NCBI RefSeq assembly: GCF_000374165.1
Contig: NZ_KB893672.1
Location: 115,002 to 179,001, forward strand
Direction: 5' to 3'
From: Parafrankia elaeagni
GTDB lineage: Bacteria > Actinomycetota > Actinomycetes > Frankiales > Frankiaceae
DNA length: 64,000 nucleotides
Shown here: piece after piece, positions 52,991 through 62,782 of the stretch
How positions within the stretch are numbered: the stretch's first letter is position 1
Layout of the letters: the number at the start of each line of letters is the position of its first letter
Notes under the pieces: model-generated
Database searches by the model: none
The model's input: only the letters and a program-made list of their open reading frames with translations
Told to the model about the DNA's origin: nothing
Position numbers and translations under genes: made by a program

Positions 52991-53316
52991 CCTTCGACCC
53001 GGCCGCGCTGGCGAGCCGGCCGCGGGCCTCGAACGACTGCGAGCATCAGGGAGTCACCGGCTGGAGTCACCGGCTGCCGAAGCCGCCGAGGCCATCGCTG
53101 GGCAGCCTCGAACGGAAGGTGCTCCACCCGCGCGGTGCCGGCGACCCGGCGAAGTGCCAGCGCCCCGGCGAGGGCCAGCCCCACGGCAACGGCCACGACG
53201 AGGTCGACCACCAGTGTCACCGCGCCCGTCAGTACCATCACGGCCAGTTCACCGCGTCCGGCACGGGCCAGGGCCCGGACGGCGTCGGTCTCCACCATGC
53301 GGATCGCGGTCGCCAC
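52927..53316 (-). pseudogene. Fragment resembling the C-terminal membrane part of a SulP-family anion transporter (no STAS domain).
   Basis: 'ELAVMVLTGAVTLVVDLVVAVAVGLALAGALAL'. Only about 129 aa; overlaps the PPOX gene end by 64 nt. Confidence 0.3.
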
Positions 53317-53584
53317 CAGGACACCGGCGAGCCTCGGTCACGGACCTGCCGCTGCAGCCCGGCATCAGCCCGTTCGGCCTGGCCGCCGCCGAGATGATGT
53401 ACGCCGGGGTCGTGACCCGGATCGGCGGTGGCGTCGACAGTCCCCAGAGGGGTCCAGACCCTCACGAGGTCGGCCATGCGCGGTCGGGTCCAGTGCGGGT
53501 CAACGATGGTTTGTGCACCCAACCAGCACTAATGCGAACCTGAACCTGCAGGTGGGGGGCGCGGATCCTGGCCAGGACGGGATC

Positions 53585-53605
53585 TTGACGTTATGACTAC
53601 GTCAA
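53585..53605. promoter_or_regulatory. Inverted repeat TTGACGT-N7-ACGTCAA overlapping the first ATG of the Fic ORF; candidate operator.
   Basis: ttgacgt tatgact acgtcaa. Confidence 0.4.
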
Positions 53606-54756
53606 TCTATCGTCGATGTATGTTGTTCCCCACTCCCGCTCTCAAGCCTGCCGACGATCAGGTGCTCAGGGAGATCGATGGCATGCGGGGCGGGTTGCGG
53701 CACCAGATCGGGTCCACGCCGGCGAAATGGACTGAAGGGCTCCGGAAGTTCCTGACCGCCGATGCCGTCGCGGCGTCGAACTCCATCGAGGGTTTCAAGG
53801 TGGCCACGATCGACGTCGAGGATCTGATGGCCGGTGAGCGCGATGTCGAGGTCTCGGACGAGAACCGGGAGGAGACTCTCGCCTATCAGCGGATGATGAC
53901 GTACGTCCAGACCCTCCACGACGCCGAGGACTTCAGCTACAGCAAAGGCCTGCTCAACGGGTTGCACTGGATGTTGCAGGGCCACCGTCACACCGGGCGT
54001 AGGCCGGCCGGGCAGTGGCGCCGCGGCCCCGTCTACGTCACCGACGCCCGCGATCCCAGCATCGCGGCCTACACGGCCCCGGGCGCCGATTCCGTCCCGG
54101 TGCTGATGGAGGAACTCGTCGACTGGCTCAGCACCGACGACGACACCCACCTGCTGGTGCGGGCGGCGATGGCACATCTGCACCTGGTGTCCATCCACCC
54201 CTGGGCCGACGGGAACGGCCGGATGTCCCGTTCGCTGCAGACGCTCATGATTGCCCGCGAAGGTGTTCTGGCCCCGGAGTTCTCGTCCGTCGAGGCGTGG
54301 CTCGGCCGCCCCGGCAACACCTGGGAGTACTACCGCGAACTCGCCGACCGGGGCCCGACGTACCTTCCCGACCAGGACGTCTCCAGCTGGATCAGGTTCA
54401 ACCTGACCGCCTACCACCAGCAGGCCCAGACCGTTGCGGGCCGGCTCGACCGCTCCGGGCGAGTATGGCGCGCACTCTCCGAGTTCGCCGAGACCACCGG
54501 TCTGGACGAGCGCGTGGTCACGGCCCTGCACGACGTGGCCATGGCTGGGCGCGTCCGTCGCTCACGCTACGAGCAGGCCGAGAGCCTGAGCCTGCAACAG
54601 GCGCAACGCGACCTCCGCGACCTCACCACCGCACAGGTCCTGGAACCGGTCGGGCGAACCCGAGCCCGCTACTACACGGCAGGCCCCCGCTTCCCCCAGC
54701 CGGCGCTTGACATCGCACGCACGCCCATGACCCTGAGAAATCCATACATCAGCTGA
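53593..54756 (+). CDS. Fic/DOC-family protein (class II, with an N-terminal inhibitory helix); the start may be the ATG at 53620.
   Basis: Fic motif 'HPWADGNGRMSR'; inhibitory-helix motif 'SNSIEG' ([ST]xxxE[GN]). Confidence 0.8.
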   Translation: MTTSIYRRCMLFPTPALKPADDQVLREIDGMRGGLRHQIGSTPAKWTEGLRKFLTADAVAASNSIEGFKVATIDVEDLMAGERDVEVSDENREETLAYQRMMTYVQTLHDAEDFSYSKGLLNGLHWMLQGHRHTGRRPAGQWRRGPVYVTDARDPSIAAYTAPGADSVPVLMEELVDWLSTDDDTHLLVRAAMAHLHLVSIHPWADGNGRMSRSLQTLMIAREGVLAPEFSSVEAWLGRPGNTWEYYRELADRGPTYLPDQDVSSWIRFNLTAYHQQAQTVAGRLDRSGRVWRALSEFAETTGLDERVVTALHDVAMAGRVRRSRYEQAESLSLQQAQRDLRDLTTAQVLEPVGRTRARYYTAGPRFPQPALDIARTPMTLRNPYIS

Positions 54757-55355
54757 CAGGTAACCCGGCGATCCGCAGGCCGACGTCGACTGGTGATCGG
54801 GTGAGCTTCCACGAGTACATCCCGCCGATTCGGAGGGTCCGCTCATCCCCGTCGCCGGCGACCGTCGTGATCCGCCGGAAGCGCGGCGGGAAGATCGGCA
54901 CCTGATCCCGTCCAGCCACCCTGCTGCACATCGGCCCACCCGCCCCTCTACGCACCGTTCGACCCGCCGCCGTCGGAGGATCCAGCCACTGACTCCGACC
55001 CCGGCCGACGCGGCCCGTCCGCCGGGGTCGGAGTTCGCTGCTTTCGCAGCTCACGGGCTCGGCGGGAATACCCGTGCCCGCGCCGCCGCGGCTCGGCCGC
55101 CGAAGACCGGCACGGCCGGCCCGGAAGGCCCGGGGATAACTTTGCGTGACTTTCCGCAAATGACTCCCCTTCGGGATGGGGGTTCCTTAATCTGTTGTTC
55201 GACGGGTTTTCGTGGATCGTCTCGGGTGCGGCTTGTGTGCCCGTGGCGAACCCCTCTGTGTGCAACGGGAACCGTCGCCGTCCCGCCGCTTGCCTGGGAG
55301 CAGGTAACGGCGCCGGAGGCGCGTGTCCCGCGTTTCGTCCTGACGGATCGCGGCT

Positions 55356-56048
55356 GTGTTGGGGGACATCGTGGCGCCGGAGGAGTTCAACCTGAAGTTG
55401 GGTCCGAAGGGCAGGCCTGAACATTTTTTCCGTGGTCTCGACGATGTCGAGATCTCCAAGAAGAAGATCGGCCTCACGTACCACCATATAGTGCCGTACA
55501 GCAAGCTCAGGGACTTCTGGAACAAGCTCGTCGAGAGCAGGGACATCGAGAAGCTCGAATTTCTCCCACACCTCCGAGGCGGTATCAGTGGAGGAACTTA
55601 CGTCGATGTTCTCTCTCCCGTCGGGAAGCTTGGCGGCGCCGACGCGCTGCAGGCGGCCGACCTGGTCTCGAAGATCTATTCGGGTGCGATTCGCCATGGC
55701 TCGGAAGCCAAGTTGCGTCCCACTGGATGGGACAATCTCATGGGCGTCTACGCCTGGATCCCCGGAAACCTCTTCGTGGGCCCTCAGAATCGATTCGACG
55801 ACCCCCGTGACAAGCTTGACGAAGCAGCCTCCAGTGTAATAGGCAGCGTCAGGGGGAAGCGCTACGACAAGCTTTCCGAAGCCTACACGCAGATCCTTCG
55901 ATACCTGGAAGGGTCGTCCGGCAGAAAATTCGCCCTACCCGCTTCGAACGCGCTGCGTGAGGTGGTCACGCGCGTGGGAATCCAAAGGTACAACGACAAG
56001 GACTGGACCTGGATCGAGGGCAGGGAAGGGCCGCAGATCCAGAGGTGA
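55356..56048 (+). CDS. Hypothetical protein encoded by a distinctly lower-GC (about 55 %) gene; no recognisable family.
   Basis: GTG start; Lys-rich, with AAG/AAA and GAT codons unusual for this genome; 'YHHIVPYSKLRDFWNKL', 'YAWIPGNLFVGPQNRFDDPRD'. Confidence 0.45.
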   Translation: MLGDIVAPEEFNLKLGPKGRPEHFFRGLDDVEISKKKIGLTYHHIVPYSKLRDFWNKLVESRDIEKLEFLPHLRGGISGGTYVDVLSPVGKLGGADALQAADLVSKIYSGAIRHGSEAKLRPTGWDNLMGVYAWIPGNLFVGPQNRFDDPRDKLDEAASSVIGSVRGKRYDKLSEAYTQILRYLEGSSGRKFALPASNALREVVTRVGIQRYNDKDWTWIEGREGPQIQR

Positions 56049-56192
56049 CGGTGGGCGGTGGGTGTGATGCCGTCGGTCGGTCCCGGTGTGGCGGTGGCGC
56101 TGGCTGTGCCCCGTGCCGGCCGGAAAAAGACATGCCGTGGTTTTCGAGAAAGTGCCTGGACGTAAAAGACCCTGATCCGAGAGAGGGGTTCA

Positions 56193-59100
56193 GTGGATCT
56201 CGATGCCCTGAAAACGCATCTCCTGAGCCTGGGTGATCCACCGACGCTACGGGCCGCGGACACCGCGCTCCCCACGCGGCTGCGCGCCATCCTGGCCACT
56301 TTCCCGGACGGTGTCTGCCCGGCCGCGGCGGGCACCGGGCGACCGGAGGTGGACGCCGGGCGGACGACGCTTTCGCTCTCGCTCAGCTGGGCGTCGCCCG
56401 CCTGGCCCGTCGGCGCCGCCGTGACCATGGCTGTGACGGGTGTGTCGGTGGCCGTGACGAGCCAGGGCCTGGTCACCGCCGCGCTCAGCGGCACGTTCGA
56501 CACGGTTGAGGTCGTGTCGACGATCACCGCGGACGACCTCGGGCGCCTCGCCGTCGCCGTGCGGCCGGTGCGTCCCGAAGCCTTCGCCGCCGAGCTGGAG
56601 AAGCTCGGCCGGCGCCTGGCCGGCGACACCGTCTGGCAGGAGGCGGCAGCCGGGCTGAGCGCGGTCGACTTCAACCCCGCGGATATTGCCGGCTTTGATT
56701 ACCGCCTGGTCGAGAAGGCGGCTGCCGAACCGGTGGCCTATGCGGTGGACGCCATGGCGATCGTGGCCTCGCTCACCATCAGGAAGCTGCCGCTCGACAT
56801 AGCCGTGTGGTTTCCGCGGCTGGCCCTCACCGGCACACTGGCGGATACGCGACCGGTCCTTGTCCGGTCCCTGCTGGAGTCGTTCGGCCTACCCGGGGAC
56901 GAGGTTCCCGCGGACTGTGCCGTCAGCGAACTGTCGTTCGCCGCCGTCCTCGGGGACGAGTACCTCCTTCGGATGGCGGCCACAGGTGAGTGGTCGATCG
57001 GCCCCCTCGCGCTCAGATCCCTGTCCCTGTACGTCTACTACGCGAACGGCGGGGGATTCACGGCCCGGGTCGGGGGCACGGTGTCGATCGGCTCCGCGCT
57101 GAGTATCGACATCTCGGCCGGGAAGGAGGGCGGCGCGCAGGGCGGCTGGGCCTTCAGCGGCGGCCTCACTGCAGGCGAGACCCTCGGCATGGCGGAGGTG
57201 ATCGACGCGCTGGGGCTGACCGACGTGCCCGGGCCGGTCAGGTCTCTCGAACTCACCACCCTGACGCTCTCGCACACCACCGGTTCGGCCACCCTCGACT
57301 TCGTCTGCGAGGGAGACCTGGCCGTCGCGGACGGGGTCACGGCCACGTTCCGCGTGACGGTGACCCGCGACGGCTCGGGTACGCGGTACGGCGGAACACT
57401 CGACATCGACGGCTTCGTCTTCGAGGTCGACTTCGACGAGGAGAGATCCGGCGCCGACATACTCGTCGCCACGTATCACGGTGCCGCGGAGGGCACCGAG
57501 ATCGTGCTGCGGGACCTGGTCGCGCATTTCTCCGCCGACCTGGCGGCCGACGTTCCCGACAGCCTGCGGATCGGGCTGAAGGACGCCAAGTTCGTGCGGG
57601 TGAAACCCGCGGGTGGTCCGGCCCGGTTCTGCGTCGGTGTGGACCTCTCGGCGGGTTTCGACCTTGCCCAGCTTCCGCTCGTCGGCGGGTTCCTGTCGAC
57701 GTTCGGGACGGTGAGTGTGGAGAATCTGCAGGTCCTCTACAGCTCCGGAGTCCTCGACGCCCAGACGGTCGCCGCGGTCAACCGGCTGCTCGGGCCGGCC
57801 AAGGTGGTGGTCCTTCCGCAGGCCGGGCTGGCGGCGGGCGTCGCCGCGCTGGCCGAGCTGCGGATCGGGACGGAGACCACGTCGGTCGCTCTCGGCGTGC
57901 CACCCTCGAACGCCGGCGGCGGCGAGCTCCCCGGAGGATCCGGCGCCGCCAGCACCCCGAGCGCCGCCAGCACCTCCAGCACCTCCAGCACCTCCAGCAC
58001 GTCCAGCGCCCCGAGCACGTCCAGTACGCCTGACACGTCCGGGACGGGTGCCTCCAGCGTCCACTGGGTGTCGGTGCAGAAGCAGCTCGGCATCGTGCAC
58101 GTCAACCGGGTCGGGGTGATGTACCAGCACAACGTGCTGCTGGTCGCGCTGGACGCGTCGGTCGCCCTCGGCCCGCTGGCCCTCTCGCTCGACGGCCTGG
58201 CGGTCGGCTCCCGGCTGGACAGGTTCGCGCCGACGTTCCGCCTCGACGGCCTCGGGATCGGCTACAGCGCCGCTCCGGTGGAGATCTCCGGCGCGCTGCT
58301 GCACCTGCCCGACGACCAGCTTCCCGACACGGTGGCGTTCCAGTACGACGGCACGGCCACGGTCGGCCTGCAGAGCTTCTCGCTGGCGGGTCTCGGTTCG
58401 TACGCGCAGCTGACGGACGGCGCACCCTCGCTGTTCGTCTTCGCCCAGCTGGAGGCGCCGCTGGGCGGGCCGCCGCCGGTCATCGTGACCGGACTGATGG
58501 CCGGGTTCGGCTTCAACCGGGAACTGACGCTGCCGAGCCCGAGGGAGGTCTCCGGCTTCCCGCTCCTGAGCCTGCACAAGCAGGGCCCCGGCTCCGGGCA
58601 CAAGCCCTCCCACGTGCTCGACGTCCTGGAAGGGCGTGAGCCGGCCGTGGCCGGCAGCCAGCCGCGGCGGTGGATCGCCCCCCGCGAGGGCGCGTACTGG
58701 CTGGCCCTCGGGGTGGAGTTCACCGTGGCCGAGGTGGTGAACGCCAAGGTGCTGCTGGCCGCGGAGATCGGCGCGGAGCTGGCCCTGGCCGTGCTGGGCC
58801 TCGCGACGATCCAGCTGCCGCTGCCCACCGAGTCCGCCACCACCACCTACGTGTACGCGGAGCTGGGCGTGGAGGCCGTCATCCGGCCCCTCCAGGGCAG
58901 CGCCGAGATCGCCGCGCAGCTCTCCCCGGCCTCGTACGTGCTGACGCCCGCCTGCCACCTCACCGGCGGGTTCGCCGCGGCGACCTGGTTCGGGAACAAT
59001 CCGCACGCCGGGCAGTTCGTCGTCACCCTCGGCGGCTACCACCCCGCGTTCCGCCGGCCCTCCTACTACCCCGACGCGCCGCGGCTGGGGATCGACTGGG

Positions 59101-60314
59101 CGGTCAGCGGCAGCGTGTCGATCAAGGCCCAGGCGTATCTGGCCGTCACGCCGTCGTGCGCGATGGCGGGCGCGCGGCTGGAGGTCCTCTTCCACGAGGG
59201 CCCCATCCGGGCCTGGTTCACGGCGCAGGCCGACGTGCTGCTGTCCTGGCGGCCGTTCTTCTTCGACGCGCGCATCTCGGTGAGCATCGGCGCGTCCGGC
59301 AGCGTCAACCTGGGGATCCTGCACGTCACGATCAGCGGTTCGATCGGCGCGACCCTGCACCTGTGGGGGCCGCCGACCGGCGGTTCGGTCACCGCGCACT
59401 TCCCCCTCATCGACGTGACCGTCAGCTTCGGCGGCTCCCGCGGGGGAGCCGGGACCGAGGCGCTGGGGTGGGACGTGTTCGCCAGCCTGCTCCCGAAGCC
59501 GGCGGACGTCGTCACCATCGCGCCGGTCTCCGGCGTCGACAGCGCCGTGGAGGACCCCGGCACAGGAGCCCAGGGCACAGGAGCCCAGGGCACAGGAGCC
59601 CAGGGCGCGGGCGCCCAGGGCGCGGGCGGCAAGGTGTGGCAGGCGCGTGCCCGGGACCTGCGGCTGTTCACCCAGTCCGCGGTGCCGGCCAGCCACCTGC
59701 GGACGGGCGACGCGCCCCTGGCCTCGTCCGAGCCCGGGGACGGCCCCCTGGTCGACGTGCGTCCCATGGACCGCACCGGCCTGGTCGGCGAGCACCGGCT
59801 GAGACTCTTCTACGCGAACAGCGCCGCGTCGACGGACGGCTGGACGTTCACCGCCCGCACCCGGGGCGTGCCCGCGTCGTTGTGGGGCGCCCCGCCGACC
59901 CCGTTCAGCCACACGCCGTCGGGACCCAGCGCCGAGGTGCTGGCGGACCGGCCGGTCGGCTTCGATGTCCAGGCGCCGCGGCCCGAGCTGGCCGTCTCGC
60001 GCGGGGTCTTCCCGCTCAGCGAGTACAGCGAGGACGAGCTGCCGCCCGGCCTGTCGCCGCTGCCCCGGGAGCCGGCCGCCAACCGCGACGTCGTCGGCGT
60101 GCCCGACCCGTCCTGCGTGGACCTTCTCGGACGCCTCGACCGTGGCGACGCGAGGAACGGGCGCGACGAGATGTACGCCGCCCTGGCCGACGCCAAGCTG
60201 CTCACCGACCTCCACGACAGCACCCTGGCGGGCCTCGCGGCGGGCGCGGCCCACTTCTACAGCCAGGCACCCATGATCCAGAGCACCGCCCAGGACGCGG
60301 GGAGCCGCGGATGA
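56193..60314 (+). CDS. Very large (1373 aa) uncharacterised protein, first gene of a coupled three-gene operon.
   Basis: A GTG at 56193 sits 8 nt after AGAGAGGGG. GC3-rich on this strand. Ser/Thr-rich linker 'STSSTSSTSSTSSAPSTSSTP'. 15-nt repeat encoding QGTGA ×3. The stop overlaps the next start (ATGA). Confidence 0.6.
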   Translation: MDLDALKTHLLSLGDPPTLRAADTALPTRLRAILATFPDGVCPAAAGTGRPEVDAGRTTLSLSLSWASPAWPVGAAVTMAVTGVSVAVTSQGLVTAALSGTFDTVEVVSTITADDLGRLAVAVRPVRPEAFAAELEKLGRRLAGDTVWQEAAAGLSAVDFNPADIAGFDYRLVEKAAAEPVAYAVDAMAIVASLTIRKLPLDIAVWFPRLALTGTLADTRPVLVRSLLESFGLPGDEVPADCAVSELSFAAVLGDEYLLRMAATGEWSIGPLALRSLSLYVYYANGGGFTARVGGTVSIGSALSIDISAGKEGGAQGGWAFSGGLTAGETLGMAEVIDALGLTDVPGPVRSLELTTLTLSHTTGSATLDFVCEGDLAVADGVTATFRVTVTRDGSGTRYGGTLDIDGFVFEVDFDEERSGADILVATYHGAAEGTEIVLRDLVAHFSADLAADVPDSLRIGLKDAKFVRVKPAGGPARFCVGVDLSAGFDLAQLPLVGGFLSTFGTVSVENLQVLYSSGVLDAQTVAAVNRLLGPAKVVVLPQAGLAAGVAALAELRIGTETTSVALGVPPSNAGGGELPGGSGAASTPSAASTSSTSSTSSTSSAPSTSSTPDTSGTGASSVHWVSVQKQLGIVHVNRVGVMYQHNVLLVALDASVALGPLALSLDGLAVGSRLDRFAPTFRLDGLGIGYSAAPVEISGALLHLPDDQLPDTVAFQYDGTATVGLQSFSLAGLGSYAQLTDGAPSLFVFAQLEAPLGGPPPVIVTGLMAGFGFNRELTLPSPREVSGFPLLSLHKQGPGSGHKPSHVLDVLEGREPAVAGSQPRRWIAPREGAYWLALGVEFTVAEVVNAKVLLAAEIGAELALAVLGLATIQLPLPTESATTTYVYAELGVEAVIRPLQGSAEIAAQLSPASYVLTPACHLTGGFAAATWFGNNPHAGQFVVTLGGYHPAFRRPSYYPDAPRLGIDWAVSGSVSIKAQAYLAVTPSCAMAGARLEVLFHEGPIRAWFTAQADVLLSWRPFFFDARISVSIGASGSVNLGILHVTISGSIGATLHLWGPPTGGSVTAHFPLIDVTVSFGGSRGGAGTEALGWDVFASLLPKPADVVTIAPVSGVDSAVEDPGTGAQGTGAQGTGAQGAGAQGAGGKVWQARARDLRLFTQSAVPASHLRTGDAPLASSEPGDGPLVDVRPMDRTGLVGEHRLRLFYANSAASTDGWTFTARTRGVPASLWGAPPTPFSHTPSGPSAEVLADRPVGFDVQAPRPELAVSRGVFPLSEYSEDELPPGLSPLPREPAANRDVVGVPDPSCVDLLGRLDRGDARNGRDEMYAALADAKLLTDLHDSTLAGLAAGAAHFYSQAPMIQSTAQDAGSRG
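59559..59630 (+). repeat. 15-nt tandem repeat (ggcacaggagcccag ×3, plus degenerate copies) encoding QGTGA/QGAGA repeats.
   Basis: ggcacaggagcccagggcacaggagcccagggcacaggagcccagggcgcgggcgcccagggcgcgggc. Confidence 0.8.
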
Positions 60315-62782
60315 GCCCGAGCCCGCAGCACCCCGCCCGCGACACGATCCCCCTCGGGGACCTCGAGCTGCACGACCACTATCTGCCCGCCCTGCCCGCC
60401 GGCGACTACCGGATCGAGGTCACCCACACCCTGCGCGGCGGGGCGCAGGGCGGCGCGCCGGTCGTCGGCGGGCCGTTCACCGCCGTCCAGACGTTCACCG
60501 TCCGTGGCCCGCAGGTGCGGATCGACGCCGACGCGGTTGTCGCCAGACAGCCTCCCGACGCCTCGAGCGGCAGGTTCGCGGAGGTCCTGCCGCACGTGGT
60601 GCTCGGTGACCCCATGCTGCCGTGGGAACGCCCACTGACCGGGGGGTCGCGCGACACCCCGTGGCTGGCACTGCTGGTGCTCACCGACGATCAGCTCGTC
60701 GGTGGCACCACCGCCCCGACCCGCACCATCTCCGCCACCGTGGCGGACTTCCTGGCCGACGACCCCGCTGTGCTCAAGCCCGCGCTGACCAGGGAGTCCG
60801 ACGTCAGCCTCGGCGACCCGTGCGTGTACATCCAGGTCGCGGCGGCCGAGTTCCAGGCCGTGGCGCCCCGGCTGGACGAGCTGCGCTTCCTCGCCCACTG
60901 CCGCGGTGCCAACACCGGGGACCGGCCCATCCTGGGCCTGACGGAGGACGGACTGTTCTCCGTCGTCGTCGCCAACCGCTTCCCGACCGCCGCCCCACCC
61001 GGCTCCGACCCCGGGACGGGCACGAAGAACATCGTGCATCTCGTCTCCCTGGAGGGCCACGAGCGGATCCTCGTGGACGCGCCAGACCTCCGGGGCCACT
61101 CCTCGGTGGCGCTGCTGTCCCTGTGCAGCTGGTCGTTCCAGGCCCAGCCCGACCGCGAGGCGGACTTCGCCGACCTCGCCGAGGGACTCACCCGCACGCC
61201 GTCCGGCTCCCGGGCCGGACGCGAGGAGATGTGGCTCCGGCTGCCCGCCCCGCCGCAGGGCACCGCCGCCGGCACCGCCACCGCCGGCACCGCCACCGCC
61301 GGTACAGCCACCGCCGCCGGGCGGCAGGTGGCCCGGCGGCTCGGCGACGGGTACCTGCCGTTGCCCTACCTGACCCGTTCGGGCGAGGCCACCTACGGCT
61401 GGTACCGCGGGCCGCTCACCCCCGTGCTGCCCGCAACCACCGACCAGGCGGCGCGGGCCACCACCGCCGACGCGCTCATCGCCTACGACCCGGCCTGGGG
61501 CAGTTTCGACCTGTCGCTGGCCGCCGCGTTCGAGACCGGCCGGGCCCTCGCCCTCGCCGACGCCCCCTTCGCCCAGCACCTGCTCGCGTTCAAGCAGGCC
61601 ACCCGGCACCTGGTGGACACCCTGCACCACCAGGCCACCAGCACCCACCTGCAGCAGGACGGCAGTGGGCGTACGGGCACGGGCACACGGCCGGGGACGG
61701 CGCGCGCGGCGTTCGGCGCGCTGCTCGACGGCCACCTGCTCACCGCCCTCGGCACGCAGCCGGGCCGGCCCCGCGCCGCGTGGTCCCCGCCAGCACCCGC
61801 CGTGCCGCCCGCCGACCCGGCCGGCGGGCTCGAGGCCGTGCTGCGCTCCGACGCCACCCGGGCCGCCCTCGCCGCGGCGATGGACGCCGACGACGGCCTC
61901 GGGGAACACCTCACCCGGGTCGCGGACTGGCTCGGCCGGCTCCTGCTGCTCCACCCCGTGCCGTTCACCCACCTGGTGCCCGACGAGCGGATGCTGCCGC
62001 GGGAGTCGCTGCGTTTCTTCCACCTCGACCCCAGCTGGCTGGACGCCGTGGTCTCCGGCGCCCTCAGTATCGGCGCGCAGTCCAGCCGGGACACCCTCCA
62101 GGACCAGATCGTCGCCGCCACCATCCGGGCCGCGGCGGCGCGGAAGGCGGCCGGGTACCGCGCCACGCAGCGCGGCACCGCGACGGGGGAGTCCACGCCC
62201 GAGGGGCCCACGTCTGGTGCCGCCGTGTCCGGTGCCGCCGTGTCCGGTGGCACCGCGTCCGGTGGCGACTCCGTTCTCGGGCCGGTCTCCGGTCTGCTGC
62301 TGCGCTCGGCGCTCGTCTCCGGCTGGCCGAACCTGGCTGTCCGCGCCAGCGACGCGGCGGGTGAGCCGCTGCCCATCCTGCGGATGGACCACCTGTCACC
62401 CACCGTGCTGCTGTGCCTGTTCGGCGGCCTGCCCGCGGCCGTCGAGCTCAGGGAGCCCCAGGAGGGCTTCCGGTTCGGCGTCGAGGACCACGGACTGATC
62501 CCGCTGCGGAACCTGCTGGCCCCGCCCCGCTCATCCGGGGGCCGCCCGCTCGGCGAGCAGCTCGGCCCCGACGTCACCTTCCCCGTCCTGGACCACCTCA
62601 GGGCCGGTGCCGGCGGCGGACGGATCCTGGACCTCGGTTCGCTCATCCCCGCGCTGACAGCGGCTCTGGACGCCGCGCACGGCACCGCCGTCGGCCCCGT
62701 CGGCCCCGCCGACCTGGCCCTGCAGATGGTCAAGGTCCCCGAGGCCATCCGCTTCACCGGCCCGAACGGAGACCGAGGTTGA
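60311..62782 (+). CDS. 823-aa uncharacterised protein, second gene of the operon.
   Basis: ATG at 60311 overlapping the upstream TGA. (AGT)(ATAGT)-type low-complexity region 'AAGTATAGTATAGTATAAG'. The stop overlaps the next putative start (TTGA). Confidence 0.55.
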   Translation: MSPSPQHPARDTIPLGDLELHDHYLPALPAGDYRIEVTHTLRGGAQGGAPVVGGPFTAVQTFTVRGPQVRIDADAVVARQPPDASSGRFAEVLPHVVLGDPMLPWERPLTGGSRDTPWLALLVLTDDQLVGGTTAPTRTISATVADFLADDPAVLKPALTRESDVSLGDPCVYIQVAAAEFQAVAPRLDELRFLAHCRGANTGDRPILGLTEDGLFSVVVANRFPTAAPPGSDPGTGTKNIVHLVSLEGHERILVDAPDLRGHSSVALLSLCSWSFQAQPDREADFADLAEGLTRTPSGSRAGREEMWLRLPAPPQGTAAGTATAGTATAGTATAAGRQVARRLGDGYLPLPYLTRSGEATYGWYRGPLTPVLPATTDQAARATTADALIAYDPAWGSFDLSLAAAFETGRALALADAPFAQHLLAFKQATRHLVDTLHHQATSTHLQQDGSGRTGTGTRPGTARAAFGALLDGHLLTALGTQPGRPRAAWSPPAPAVPPADPAGGLEAVLRSDATRAALAAAMDADDGLGEHLTRVADWLGRLLLLHPVPFTHLVPDERMLPRESLRFFHLDPSWLDAVVSGALSIGAQSSRDTLQDQIVAATIRAAAARKAAGYRATQRGTATGESTPEGPTSGAAVSGAAVSGGTASGGDSVLGPVSGLLLRSALVSGWPNLAVRASDAAGEPLPILRMDHLSPTVLLCLFGGLPAAVELREPQEGFRFGVEDHGLIPLRNLLAPPRSSGGRPLGEQLGPDVTFPVLDHLRAGAGGGRILDLGSLIPALTAALDAAHGTAVGPVGPADLALQMVKVPEAIRFTGPNGDRG

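Noticed and set aside
54749-55159. 136-aa minus-strand ORF downstream of the Fic gene.
   Set aside because: No motifs and Arg/Gly-rich. It lies in a region that appears non-coding.
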